Shown here: in pieces, positions 25,943 through 36,985 of the stretch
Position numbering within the stretch: position 1 is the stretch's first letter
How the letters are laid out: every line of letters starts with the position of its first letter
Assembly (NCBI GenBank): GCA_028534125.1
Contig: CM052817.1
Coordinates: 11,038,001 to 11,102,000, forward strand
Length of the DNA: 64,000 nt
DNA from: Lama glama
Taxonomy: Eukaryota
Reading direction: 5' to 3'
Translations under genes and position numbers: made by a program
The notes under the pieces: model-generated
What the model saw: the letters and a program-made list of their open reading frames with translations, nothing else
Database searches by the model: none
Told to the model about the DNA's origin: nothing

Positions 25943-26348
25943 TGTCTTAGCTCAAGTCTCGCATCTAAGACCCTCAGGTGGAGACTGTGCACAGGAAGCT
26001 TTTTGGAGAGTGTTACCCAAGTCAGCAGCAGTGGGGTAGCAAGGGGTTCAGGACTGGACAGGGGGACATATTGCATGGGATGCAGTCACACCAGAGGCCT
26101 CAGCTGATTCCCTGGGGGGCTCTGGAGCTGGAATAGCCCTTCCAAGTTGTCTGGAAGTAAGTCAAAGAGCTGGTCCTCTGTCATCTACTAGTCATTGGAG
26201 GCAGGCTACTACCTCCCAAGAGGAAGAATAACCCAAGATGAGGCAGGGTTTTACAATTCCTATAAACTACCAGCTGTCAACACCAGCCAAGAGCTGGAAG
26301 AACAATTCTAAAGGGTGATCTGAGTGGTACAAGGCAGCATCCACTATA
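25943..26348 (-). mobile_element. ERVL solo LTR (LTR16-like) inserted into a MIR
   Basis: tgtcttag ... gcatccactata; TSD acatg (25938-25942) and acata (26349-26353). Confidence 0.75.
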
Positions 26349-26708
26349 ACATAGAAAAGATTGTAAACACCACAGAAGTAACCACCTTCTCTGCTATTTG
26401 GTGCCTCTTCCAATGCTAGTTCTAAGCATACATTATGTGCTTAACAAATGTTAGTTGAACGCAGAGAAGATGCACAATGTGTTAGCTATGATGATGATTA
26501 ACAAGCCTTCCCTGATACTTCCTGAAGGAAGGTATCCTGTACCCTCATTACTTGATCCTGTCTTTCTTATTCCCTTATTTTATTCTACCTTGCTATTCAA
26601 TTATTAATATTCCACACCATTCCACAAAATGTAAGCTAACCCCCTAATTTTATCTTCTCCGATATTATATGTCACTCTTTAGCTGAAAGAAGTAAGAAAA
26701 AGAGTCTC

Positions 26709-27442
26709 CTAATTTGAAAAGATACATGTACCCTAATGTTCATAGCAATACTATTTACAATAGCCAAGACATGGAAGCAGCTTAAACGTCTGTCAACCAG
26801 TGACTGGATAAGCAATTCCAGTCCTGGGCATATATCCAGAGGGAACCTTAATTCAAAGAGATACATGCACCCCAGTGTTCACAGCAGCACTATTTATGAT
26901 AGCCAAGACATGGAAGCAACTTAAATGTCTATCAACAAATAACTGGATACAGAAATTGTGGTGTACACACACTGTGGAATACTACTCAGCCATAAAAAAG
27001 AATAAAATAATGCCATTTGCAGCAACATGGGTGGACCTCGAGATTGTCATACTAGATGACGTAGGCAGACAAGGACAAATATCATCTGGTATCACTTATA
27101 TGTGGAATCTTAAAAATGACACAAATGAACTTATTTACAAGCAAAAACAGACTCACAGACATAGAAAAGAAACTTTGGTTGCCAGTGATGAGAGAAGGAG
27201 TGGATGAATAAATTGGGAGTTCAGGATTTTCAGATACTAACTACTGTATATAAAATGGAAAAACAATTATGTTCTAGCACAGGGAACTATATTCAATACC
27301 TTGTAATAACCTATAATGAAAAAGAATATGAAGAGGAATACATATATATATATATATAAACTGAATCACTATGCTGAACAGAATCACTATGCTGTGCAGA
27401 AATTAACACACTGTAAATCAACTATACTTCAATTAAAAAAAA
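26709..27442 (+). mobile_element. Lineage-type L1 3' end (ORF2 C-terminus plus 3' UTR)
   Basis: ORF 26875-27207 MFTAALFMIAKTWKQLKC...EYYSAIKKNKIMPFAATW is the L1 ORF2 C-terminus; ends actatacttcaattaaaaaaaa. Confidence 0.92.
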
Positions 27443-27706
27443 TTATTACTCTTTCATTGTTAGGTCTCCCAGTAGACTATAAGTTGCCTGAGATCTGGGA
27501 CCATACAACACCATTATCTGGAGCCAAGACCAAGCCAGGATGTGCGAACACAGGTAATCCAATTATTTACAACAAGCATCCCTTCTGACTGGCCTGGTCT
27601 GTCCTGAATGCTCAGTATCCATTGCCATAGAAGTTGTCAAGAATTTTGAAAATCACTTCCGCTTGCCTTCAGGGCTTAGCACAGGTCCTGAAAAATAGTA
27701 GATACT

Positions 27707-28094
27707 TGTAATGGGCTGAATTATGTCCCCAAAATTCATATGTTGGTATCTTAACCCCCAGTACCTCAGAATGTGACTGGATTTGGAGATAGGGCCTTTT
27801 AAAAGATGATTAAGTAAAAAGGAGGCTGTAATAGTGAGTCCTAATCCAATCTGGCTGGTGTCCTTAGAAGAAGAGGAAATTTAGACCCCAAAAGAGACAC
27901 CAGGGATGACTGTGTGAGGACCCAGCGAGAAGGCAGCCTTTGGCAAGCCAGAAAGAAAAGCTTTAGAAGAAATCAAACCAGCCAACACTTTGACCTTGGA
28001 CTTCCAGCCTCCAGAACTATGAAAAAATTAATTTCTGTGTTTAAGTCACGCACTCTGTGGTATTTTGTCATGGCAGCCTGAGCAAACTAATACA
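27707..28094 (+). mobile_element. MLT1A-like solo LTR inside an L2 3' end
   Basis: tgtaatgggctgaattatgtcccc ... gcaaactaataca; degenerate TSD atact/gtgct. Confidence 0.9.
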
Positions 28095-29379
28095 GTGCTT
28101 CATACATTTTTATTGATTGATATATTGGTTACTTAGGGCTCAGGAAGGTAAAGGGCAGAATTGATTATTTCATACACCATCCAACAAATATTTACCAACA
28201 CTGCCATATGACAGGCCCTGAGCTCTGTGCTGGGTAACATAACAAAAATAAATAAAATGTGGCCCCACGAACTTGTGAACTAACAGCAATTGCATAAGAG
28301 GAGTAAAGGAGAAATGTAAAATTGCTGGGACCCAGGAGAGGGCATGCCAGCCCAGGGGAAGGTTTCGGTCCTGTAAAGAATCCCAGGAGCCCAGCTGCGT
28401 GATGCTGGAAGGGGCAGAATGACGCAGACAACACACCGTCTCAAAGGCCTGGTATGTAGACTCCAGGCCATAAGGGACAAAGAGAACTTGGCCTTGCTCA
28501 CATCCACCTTTCTGGATCCATCTGTCCTTTGGGCTCCCGATGACTGGTCACCCTGGGGATAATGAGATGATCTGTAGTGTGCTGGCTCATTAGAGCTTTA
28601 AAGAGGTCACACTGCATAGAAACAACCCTCCCCCCGTGATCCAGCAAACTGAGTAGAGCGTCCAGTTGACACTGAGAAAGCACGGGCAACACATCCTGTT
28701 GCCTTGGCAACCAGGCCCTTCCCCATTCTGTGATACTATCATTGAAAAAGCAAAAGCCACAGGCAAAGAAGGAAACTAGACATAAAGGCAACATTTGGCT
28801 TAATTAGCTCCATCTTAGGAAAGGGTCTTGGAAGAAATCTGGGGTTGGGGGTGCAGGGGCAAAGATGGGATCACAGGGGGATGAACTCGGTTGTAAACAA
28901 CAGGAATTGGCTCCAACTTTGAGAATTTCTTGGGTTCAGCAGCACATCTTCCATTGACAAGGTTGCAGTGAGCATAAATAATTGAAATGGTTGCAACCCC
29001 AGAGCACCTCACTGGCTGTGTCCTCCCACCACCTCTGCAAGACAGAAAACTCTGGAGCCAGAGACAGGAGAGCCCCTGCCCCCATCGGGTATTTGAAAGT
29101 GGCTTGAGTTACCAGCTTGCTGCATTGCTGAAACTCCCACCCCCTTATACCCATCCAGAAGAGCTGAGACCACCAAAAGGACTGAAGGTGGTTATAAGGA
29201 GAACCCAAGGGTTCTCTTAGTTTAGAAAACACATTTCCCAGATTTCTCTAGAACCTAGAGACCCTCACTCTCTCATGTTTCAGTTCCAGTCTGTGAATAA
29301 TTCTCTCTTCTCTTATATACACTTCCCATATTTAAGACTCAATCCTTTGAGAGCATTGTATTCCCCCGCAATTTTTTTA

Positions 29380-29456
29380 TGGAGGTACTGGGGATTGAAC
29401 CCAGGATCTCATGCACGTGAAACACATGCTCAGCCACTGAGTTATACCCCCATCAA
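29380..29456 (-). mobile_element. tRNA-derived camelid SINE (vic-1 type), degenerate
   Basis: Minus: gggggtataactcagtggctgagcatgtg...cctgggttcaatccccagtacctcca; flanking ccccc(g/ta)caattttttta duplicated. Confidence 0.8.
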
Positions 29457-30277
29457 CCCCCTACAATTTTTTTAAATAACTAAAACTAGAGCAAATAACA
29501 GTGTATATGTTTCCCCCAAACATTTTTCTGGTCAAGTCACCCCTTGTCTTTTCAGCCTATCACCAGAATGTCTTTTTCCTTACACTTTAATCCAGTATTT
29601 CTGTTATAAAGTAAATGAATGAGCACAGACCAAGCTCCCGAACACGTCAAGAAACAATGATGGAGCTTAGCAGAAAATGGCTCATAGAAAAATTTTATGA
29701 GCCACAGATGTTATATTTTATCCTACAATGTAGGCGGCCTCCCTCCATCACGCCCCCGCCCCCTGCCCTCCCCCAGATGCCTCCATTTCCCACAGACACT
29801 CCATTGCTCATTAATCCAGCACAATAGTTGAATTTTTCAGATGTTGTTTTAAGTTCCTGGTCATTGTTTCTTATAAAGTCTTATGAGCTGAAAATTCCCC
29901 CAACCTCTCCCTTCCTTGAAGTCCAGAAAATTAATAATAAAATAGTCATGCATGGGAATGCTCCTTTATAAAGAAGAAGCCTATTGTTTGAAGGGACGAG
30001 AGGTGGATCCACAAAGGGTCAAAGCCACGCAAAATCAAACACTAACGCCAAGTTCTAAAACATTCGTATTCCACTGACTGCAGTGAAAGCTAGATGCGTC
30101 CTAATTAAATCACTAAACACTTAATCCTTGTACTGAGCTTAGTGAAGGGAGATCATTGTTTCATCTCAGCGTGCTGCTTTAAGAAAGTTATTTGTTTAAT
30201 CTAGCTTCACTGATCCCATTGATTTGGGGCATGACAAAACCTCTGTTTAGAGAAATGTGAGCTAGATGTCTAAGAGA

Positions 30278-30600
30278 GGCAGCATGGCATGATACTGAGG
30301 ACATAGGCTCTAAAGTCAAACAGATCGATGTGCAGGTTTCACTCTGGGACTTAGTGTAAGATGCTTAACCACTCAGAGACGCAGGTGCCTCGCTGCCACG
30401 TGGAAGCAATCATATCTCATTGGTGGTGTTTGTTTTAAGAGTTAAGTAAGATTTTACTTCTAAAGTGCCTAACACAGCATTGGGCAGAGAAGATGCTTGA
30501 TCAATTTTAGGAACAATGACCATAATAGTGACAAAGGGGACCACTACGATGACGATGATGGTGATGGATATGATGATGAAGGTGAGGGTGGTGATGCTGA
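30278..30600 (+). mobile_element. MIR with a decayed (GAT)n tail
   Basis: ggcagcatggcatg...aaagtgcctaacacagcattggg, followed by gatgacgatgatggtgatgg. Confidence 0.7.
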
Positions 30601-30721
30601 AAGAAAAGGACCAAGAGCAGCTATTATCCACCTGCACAATCCCACTGAGCAGGCTCCTCAACTCTTAGAGTTAAAAAAAGAGTAAGCAAGTGCCACACAG
30701 CCACCAATTCTGAGCCAGAGT

Positions 30722-30746
30722 CAGGACAGGACAGGACAGGACAGGA
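30722..30746 (+). repeat. (CAGGA)5 microsatellite
   Basis: caggacaggacaggacaggacagga. Confidence 0.9.
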
Positions 30747-31169
30747 GATCAGAGAGGGAGCTTTGATGCACATGCACACGCATGCAGATGAGAACTTCAC
30801 CTCCAATAAATCAGCCTTCTCCGGGCAAGCCCCACCCCCAGCATGATGCAGTCATGAATCAAAGCATCTATGGTGGGGTCCTTCCATAGACCTGTCTGCA
30901 CCACAAGGCAGGCATCACAGGCCTGGGCTCCCATCTTGTTTACGGATGCTTGGAGGGATCTGAAGCTCTCAGCAATTTCTCAGCTGCCTGAGACCAGGAA
31001 ATCTACCCCAATACAGTATTACAAAAGTTGACCTTTATCACCTGATTCATATTTGTATCAACAATTGAAAACACGAATAGTGTCTCTTTTTAAATATGAG
31101 ATTCAGTGGAGGTTGGGGAAGAAGGAAAACCAAAGGTGAGCTCTGCTATGAGGGGTGGTGGCAATAAAT

Positions 31170-31700
31170 GTCACCAAGTGGGAAATACTCGAGCCCGGTT
31201 CCCAGAAACCGGGAGGCAGTAGCTCAAGGCAGAAAAATGACCATAATTGTATTGCTCAGAAGCTGACAGCGCGCATAAATCTGGCACATTAAGCCCTGCC
31301 TGTGGATTCGCTTTCCAAATCGCATTTTGGCAGCATCCTTTCTGGGAGCTAGAACCCCCCTCCTTCTGCCTAGAGATTTCAGGTAAATTCCGTCCCTGCA
31401 AAAGGTCATTGTTTCAGACTTTTGCTTGCTTTGCGTGTTTTTTGTTTAGGCAGCACCGAGTCGTACATTTCACCTGGTGAATTACCAGCCACAGGGAAGA
31501 GGAAGGGCAGACAGTGTTTGGGTTGGGGTCTCTCTGCTTCAAGTGGCCATTGTGTGTGTGATTTCTCCCTGCTCCCTCCCAGACAAGTCCCATTTGAACC
31601 TGGGCTTAAGTAATAAACCTCAGAAAACCACTGCTCAAGCAATTTCCACGTTACTAAGCCAGCCTCCTCAGTCAACCGGGCTTTAAGACTTCATTGGGAG
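31170..31700. promoter_or_regulatory. Candidate regulatory element or weak promoter
   Basis: Non-repeat and locally CpG-enriched relative to the window; CAG|GTAAAT donor-like site at 31382/31383. Confidence 0.35.
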
Positions 31701-32439
31701 ATCATGCTGGTGTATACGTGTATCTAGAAAAATGCATTCAACATTTGTCATGCTGAAGGAAAGGATTGGACTGTGTCTGGGAAAATCTCTTTTTCACAGA
31801 GCAAATGCTGGAGAGAGAGGGAGGAATCTTTCAGTCACTTTTGAAATACAAAGACAAATTATAAACATTCCTTTTAGTGACAAGTTTTACACTTTGGAAT
31901 GCATTTTAAACCTCTGGATTTGGTAGCAATCAAAGCATGAGAGTACAAGATTCTGTATTTAAAAGGCCTCAGTGCTCTCAAGTTTTAAGTCTTAGCAGTA
32001 AAAAAAAAAAAAATAGAAAAGAAAAAAGAAAGTTTCCAGAGAGACCTTCTCTGTTCAGAGGAACACTTTGAACATTACCATCCTCTGAATTTCTGTATTG
32101 AGACCCAGGACCAAACACAAGCTAATGGTGGGAAGGCACTGCCGGGGAGTCAGATAGAGAAGCCTGGGGGTCGGGGAAGGGGGTGGTCAGGCCCATCCCT
32201 CCCCACTGTACCATCTGCCCCTCGCCAAGTCCCAGTGTCCCTCACCATCATCCCACAAGAGCATGATAACACTTGGAAAAATGAGAGACCACGTAATAGA
32301 ATAAGTGAATCCAGAAGGGTAAATTGTCAAATACGATTGCATGTGTTCTGAGGTCATGTCAATATCACAGTTTGTTCAAGATCAAGACCAAAATGAAACA
32401 TAAAGAAAGAGTACTATCTCACAGAGATCTACCTCCGTC

Positions 32440-32713
32440 AGCAGGCCCGAGAACCAAGCGTGCCGAGAGCAGGAGAAAATCAGCGTCCCATCCCCATGGC
32501 CAAAGTCCCTCCACCTTTTTGTTCTGTTCAGGCCTCAGCTGATTAGTTAGGCCCACCCACACAGGGGAGGCCATCCGCTTTACTCATCCACAAACGCACC
32601 TGCTAATCTCGTCCAGAAACACAGCCTCACAGACACACCCGGAAACAACGTTTAAACAGCTATCTGGGCATCCCATGGCCCAGTCCAGCTGACGCATAAA
32701 GTTAACTATCGCA
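32440..32713 (-). mobile_element. MLT2 (ERVL) LTR fragment
   Basis: ccagaaacacagcctcacagacacacccggaaacaacg...gctgacgcataaagttaactatcgca. Confidence 0.85.
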
Positions 32714-33041
32714 TCTGCCCAGAGCGGAAGTTACAGAAGGAACACTGCCAGCTTCTCCCCACTCCTTCACTCTCAAGTTCAAGAAAAGAGTAGGATAACT
32801 CATCTGACTGGGGAAATGGGGGAGCACTGAGACTCGGCTCAGGCCCTGCCAGGAGGCTGTATTTAAAAGCCAACCTTCAGACTCATGTTCTCTGTTCGTC
32901 CACTTGGGTCCATGGGTGAGACACCAGGCACACTCCTCCCCTGTTCCTAACCGGGCCTTATCTAGGTCCCAACCACGTCTGCTCCCACAGGCCCTTGCCC
33001 CTTTGCTCCGGGGTGTCTTGGGAAGAATTCTGTTTCTTCCT

Positions 33042-33091
33042 ACCTCTCTCAGTCCTATTCCTTCCCACCTCTCTCAGTCCTATTCCTTCCC
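33042..33091 (+). repeat. Perfect 25-bp tandem duplication
   Basis: acctctctcagtcctattccttccc x2. Confidence 0.95.
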
Positions 33092-33558
33092 AGGGTCTCC
33101 ACGGTCATTTACGCAGAGATGAATGAAAACATGCCTTCTCAGACAAGATCTTCCCCTCCTCGTTAATATTGCTCACCCAGCCCAGGCATTCTGTGTTTGA
33201 GAAAAATGCTGAACTCTTCCAAACCATGTGAAAAATCTATTGCTAAAATCCCAGCAGGAGGGGCTACAACCATTCCCCAGGAATTGCTATCACTTAGTAC
33301 ATATTTTAAACACTGAAAGTACCACTCTCTTGTGTAGCTGAAAGTCCTTGACAGATGCCAGCATGGATGCCTGACATCAAAGGCAGCAAGCACTCCCACT
33401 GATCCACATTTTCCAGTAGGGAAGCCAGGGAGCTTCTGCATTTCTGTTCAGCTTAGTGACTTTGCTGGGATTACAAAGCCCCTCAAAAGAATTAGGTTCA
33501 AAACTTTAAAAAGCTCATGAACAGGGAAAAATAGCTTTATCTTACAGGAATATGGCAG

Positions 33559-34055
33559 TGCATTCATTTTTCATTGTTGCTATAGAAAGTTATCACAAAC
33601 TTAATAGCTTAATAAAGAATAGTGTTATCTTACAGTTCTGGATGTTAGGAGTCCAACCCAGGTCTCACTGGGCTAAAATCAAGGTGTCACAGGGCTGTGT
33701 CCCCCTTTGGAAGCTCTAAGGAAGAATCTATTTTTCTTGCCTTTTCCAGCTTCTGGAGGCCACCTACATGCATTGGCTCACGGCCCCCTCCTCCATCTTC
33801 AAAATCAACAGCGTTGAATCTCGCCATCCATTCTTCCATGACCTCGTCTCCCTCTGACTTTCCTCTTCTCCGTCCCTCTCCCACTTATAAGGACCCTTGG
33901 GACTACTTTGGGCAATCCAGCATGATCTCCCTACTTCAAGGTCAGATGAACAGCAACCGTAATTCTTTATACAGCCTCCATGTAACCTGACACGTTCCAC
34001 GTCCCAGGAATTAGGACATGGATGTCGTTGGAGGACCATTGTTCTGCCTTCCACA
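33559..34055 (-). mobile_element. MLT1D-like solo LTR with perfect 5-bp TSD
   Basis: TG...CA ends; TSD ggcag at 33554-33558 and 34056-34060. Confidence 0.92.
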
Positions 34056-34449
34056 GGCAGGTAACGTAAAAGAGTAAAACAGGCCAGACACAAGCCCAAA
34101 ACAAGACACTAATTTTTATGCGAAATCTTTTGATTCTTAAACATTAGCAGCCAAGTCAAGTTAAACCCAAAACGTTGTCCAAGTCAGACTTCTCTGGTGG
34201 CCACGTTTGCCTGTCGGCTGTAGTTTGCAACCTCTGTTTTACAGCATAGGGCAGTGATTCTTAACCTTGTATCCATCTCCAAAAGTCCCTTTTGATTTCT
34301 CCTACTTAAACTCCCAGGTTTTAAAAGATCCAAACAAATAAATAAATAAATTCTATTTATCAAGTAATGATTTATTTTCCAAAATTTTATTATTCAAAGA
34401 AGCAGATTAACATCTATGCTCTTCTGTAAAATAGGGCTTATTACTAATA

Positions 34450-34695
34450 AAAGCCAATGTAAACTGAGCACTTACTAACTGCCAGGAGCTGTGCTAAGTG
34501 CTTTCCAAGCATTAACTCCCTGAATCCTCACAACAATTGCATGAGATCAAGACTATTATTTCTCTCATTTTTATCAGTGTGAAAATCAAGGCTCAAAGAG
34601 CTGTGTCCCCAAAGTCACACAATCAGTGAGTGGCCAAACTGTAATTCAAACCTAGGTCTGATTGCAAGAGCTGCAGTTTTAACCATTATGTTATT
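34450..34695 (-). mobile_element. MIR SINE
   Basis: ctgagcacttact...gtgctaagtgcttt...aatcctcacaacaa...aaagtcacaca. Confidence 0.85.
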
Positions 34696-35423
34696 CTTCC
34701 AATAAACTCCTAACAAAAAAAATAACAAGATGGTTTCATGTGCTTGTACCACCTGATGGTGGGCAAATGGATGTGAGTTTTCTTTGGGGTGTTGAGAATA
34801 CTATGATTTTATGTCACTATTCCTTTGGCCACCACAGAGGACCATCCAGGAGTAAGGTTGAAATAATTCAAGCAATAAAGGGGTGACATATAGATTCCCT
34901 TCCATCAGATGAAGAAATTGCCAAGGTAATCTGAAAGTTATCACTTCACATGAAAAAAATTCATAATAGATTGGGCATCATACACAGGAGACTTCAACCA
35001 TGCAAGAAAAAAAAAGTCTTAAAAAGGAATTTTGTTTCCTGAGAGACTTTCCACACAATTTGAATTTCAGAGTTGAACAACCACTAAAGACATCTGACTT
35101 CCTGGTGGCTCAGCTGCCCTGCCTGAGCCTGAAACAGTTCTAGATGTTTCCTGGAAGCCATTGCACCTGGAACAGGTGCACCTTATCATCTTAGAGATAT
35201 GCAGGGCACAATGTGATTGCAAATAGGGTACAATGCTGTATACTTGAACACAAGCACAGTCATTAAGCACCTCAGCCGCCCCGGACTGACACAACCTGGC
35301 CCAGATGTTACACTTTCTGAATGTAGCACTGTAGAGCTTGAACAAAGGGCAGTCACTCAGATGTCTCTGGGAGTCACGTTCAAGGCTGAGAGCCTAAGTC
35401 TCGAGACAATCCTGAAGGAAAAT

Positions 35424-35522
35424 GGGAGAGAGGCAAGGAGAGAGAGAGGGAGGGAAGGGAGGAAGGAAGGAAGGAAGGAAGGAAGGGAGGGAGGGAGGGA
35501 GGAAGGGAGGGAAGAAAGAAAA
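35424..35522 (+). repeat. (GGAA/GGGA)n polypurine microsatellite
   Basis: Direct reading. Confidence 0.95.
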
Positions 35523-35529
35523 TAACTAA

Positions 35530-35898
35530 GTATCTTGCTCAGGAAATATGTTGGAGTTCTAGTGTGTCTCATATCCATGTTCTTCCAGGCACAGAAGGAT
35601 TATTACATGCCCTTACCTTCTTTGTAGGTAGGTGACGTCATGTGACAAGTTTGCTCTGAAATGTTTAATTGCTGGCATAGTCCCCTCAGAATTCTCTTCT
35701 CCTAATGGGATAGTCTTACAGGAATCAGAAGCCTTGTGATGAGGTGAGGAAGCCACAGCATTGAAGCTTTATCTTGAAGAGTTGTCCAGAAGCTCAGTGG
35801 ACTTGAGCAAGCAAGAGCTATACTTTGGTTTCTTAAGCCACTGAGATTTGGCGGTGTTTTATTAATGCAGCATCACTTATCTTAACCTGACTAATATA
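35530..35898 (+). mobile_element. Old MaLR LTR (MLT1I/J-like)
   Basis: ttaagccactgagatttgg...tttattaatgcagcatcacttatcttaacctgactaata. Confidence 0.7.
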
Positions 35899-36504
35899 CG
35901 AAATTAAAGGCAAAGCTTGCTCGAGCCAACTCACAAGGGAATTTTTTTAAATGTTTATAAAGCAAAGTTGCACATTGGCTAGGACCTAATCAGGGCTCAA
36001 TAAATACTTGCTGAATATTGTATGAATGGTTTTTCTCAGCTACTATTTAGTGAGAAGACATCTCTTACACAAAATGTTTCCCACTGCTCTCCGTCTCATA
36101 TCTTCCATCTTCCTTTGCTTTAATCACTGTCTCAAAGAGTTGTTGTGAGGATTAAGTGAGATGATACATGTAAGGTACCTTCAATGGTATGAGCACATAG
36201 AACTCAATAAATGTGAGCTAGTGGTGGTGATGGTGCTGTTAGTGTTTTATTATTCCTCCCAATCTCCATCCTCATGATGTTAATTAGATCCACTTCTCCT
36301 CCCTCACCCTGTCCCTGCTCCTCTCTACATCCAAATTCTGCCCAACCTTCAACAGTCAGCTCAAGTCTTATCTTCTCCCAGTTGTGAATTTGTCACCCAG
36401 CTTGATCTCTCCAATCTGAAAAACTAACACACTGAGCTAATACCACCCAGTTCAACCCACTGTTTTGTGAATTTTGTGTGTGTAAAGTGAGCAGCAGTTC
36501 TTTC

Positions 36505-36985
36505 GTCTGTCAATATGCCTATCAAATGGAAATAGTACCACTTTTCTTTTAGTGAAATTTCCTCCCCCTCAGTTCAACTCCTTGGATCAGTGGATTGTAG
36601 TAAACTGACTCCCCTCCTGATTGGACATGATCTGATCCAAGAACCAGATCCCATGACCCATGCCTGGCCAACCAGAATTCCTACCCAGGTTCTCTTTACA
36701 TTGGAGTTAGGGTAAGAGTTCTTTCTTCTTGGGCTATACTATCAAAATTTGCATCTGGACACTACTAATTGTTACTCCCTCTCCTCCTAAGAGGGCTGGA
36801 TACAGTAAGTAAAATGAAGCTGACACTCAGAGAGAAGTCAAGCCCAAAAAAAGGTCCCTGGTTTCAGCTGCCCCAAGCCCCACCTCTTCCTTCCCATCTA
36901 CCCAAGAAAATTAATTTCCTCTTTTGCCCAAACTAGTTCCAGTAGAGTTTTCATCACTTGCAGTCAAGAATCCTGACTAATCCAA
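36505..36985 (+). mobile_element. Old MaLR LTR (MLT1K/L-like)
   Basis: catgacccatgcctggccaaccagaa...tcacttgcagtcaagaatcctgactaat. Confidence 0.6.

Noticed and set aside
26875..27207. 110-aa ORF (and ORF 39543-39956)
   Set aside because: L1 ORF2 C-terminal remnants.
30497..30685. Acidic peptide (DDDDGDGYDDEGEGGD) resembling a SET/ANP32 tail
   Set aside because: Derives from a decayed (GAT)n tract at a MIR 3' end; unrelated to the SET retrocopy.
35217..35578. Overlapping ORFs on both strands
   Set aside because: Kept open by the (GGAA/GGGA)n microsatellite.
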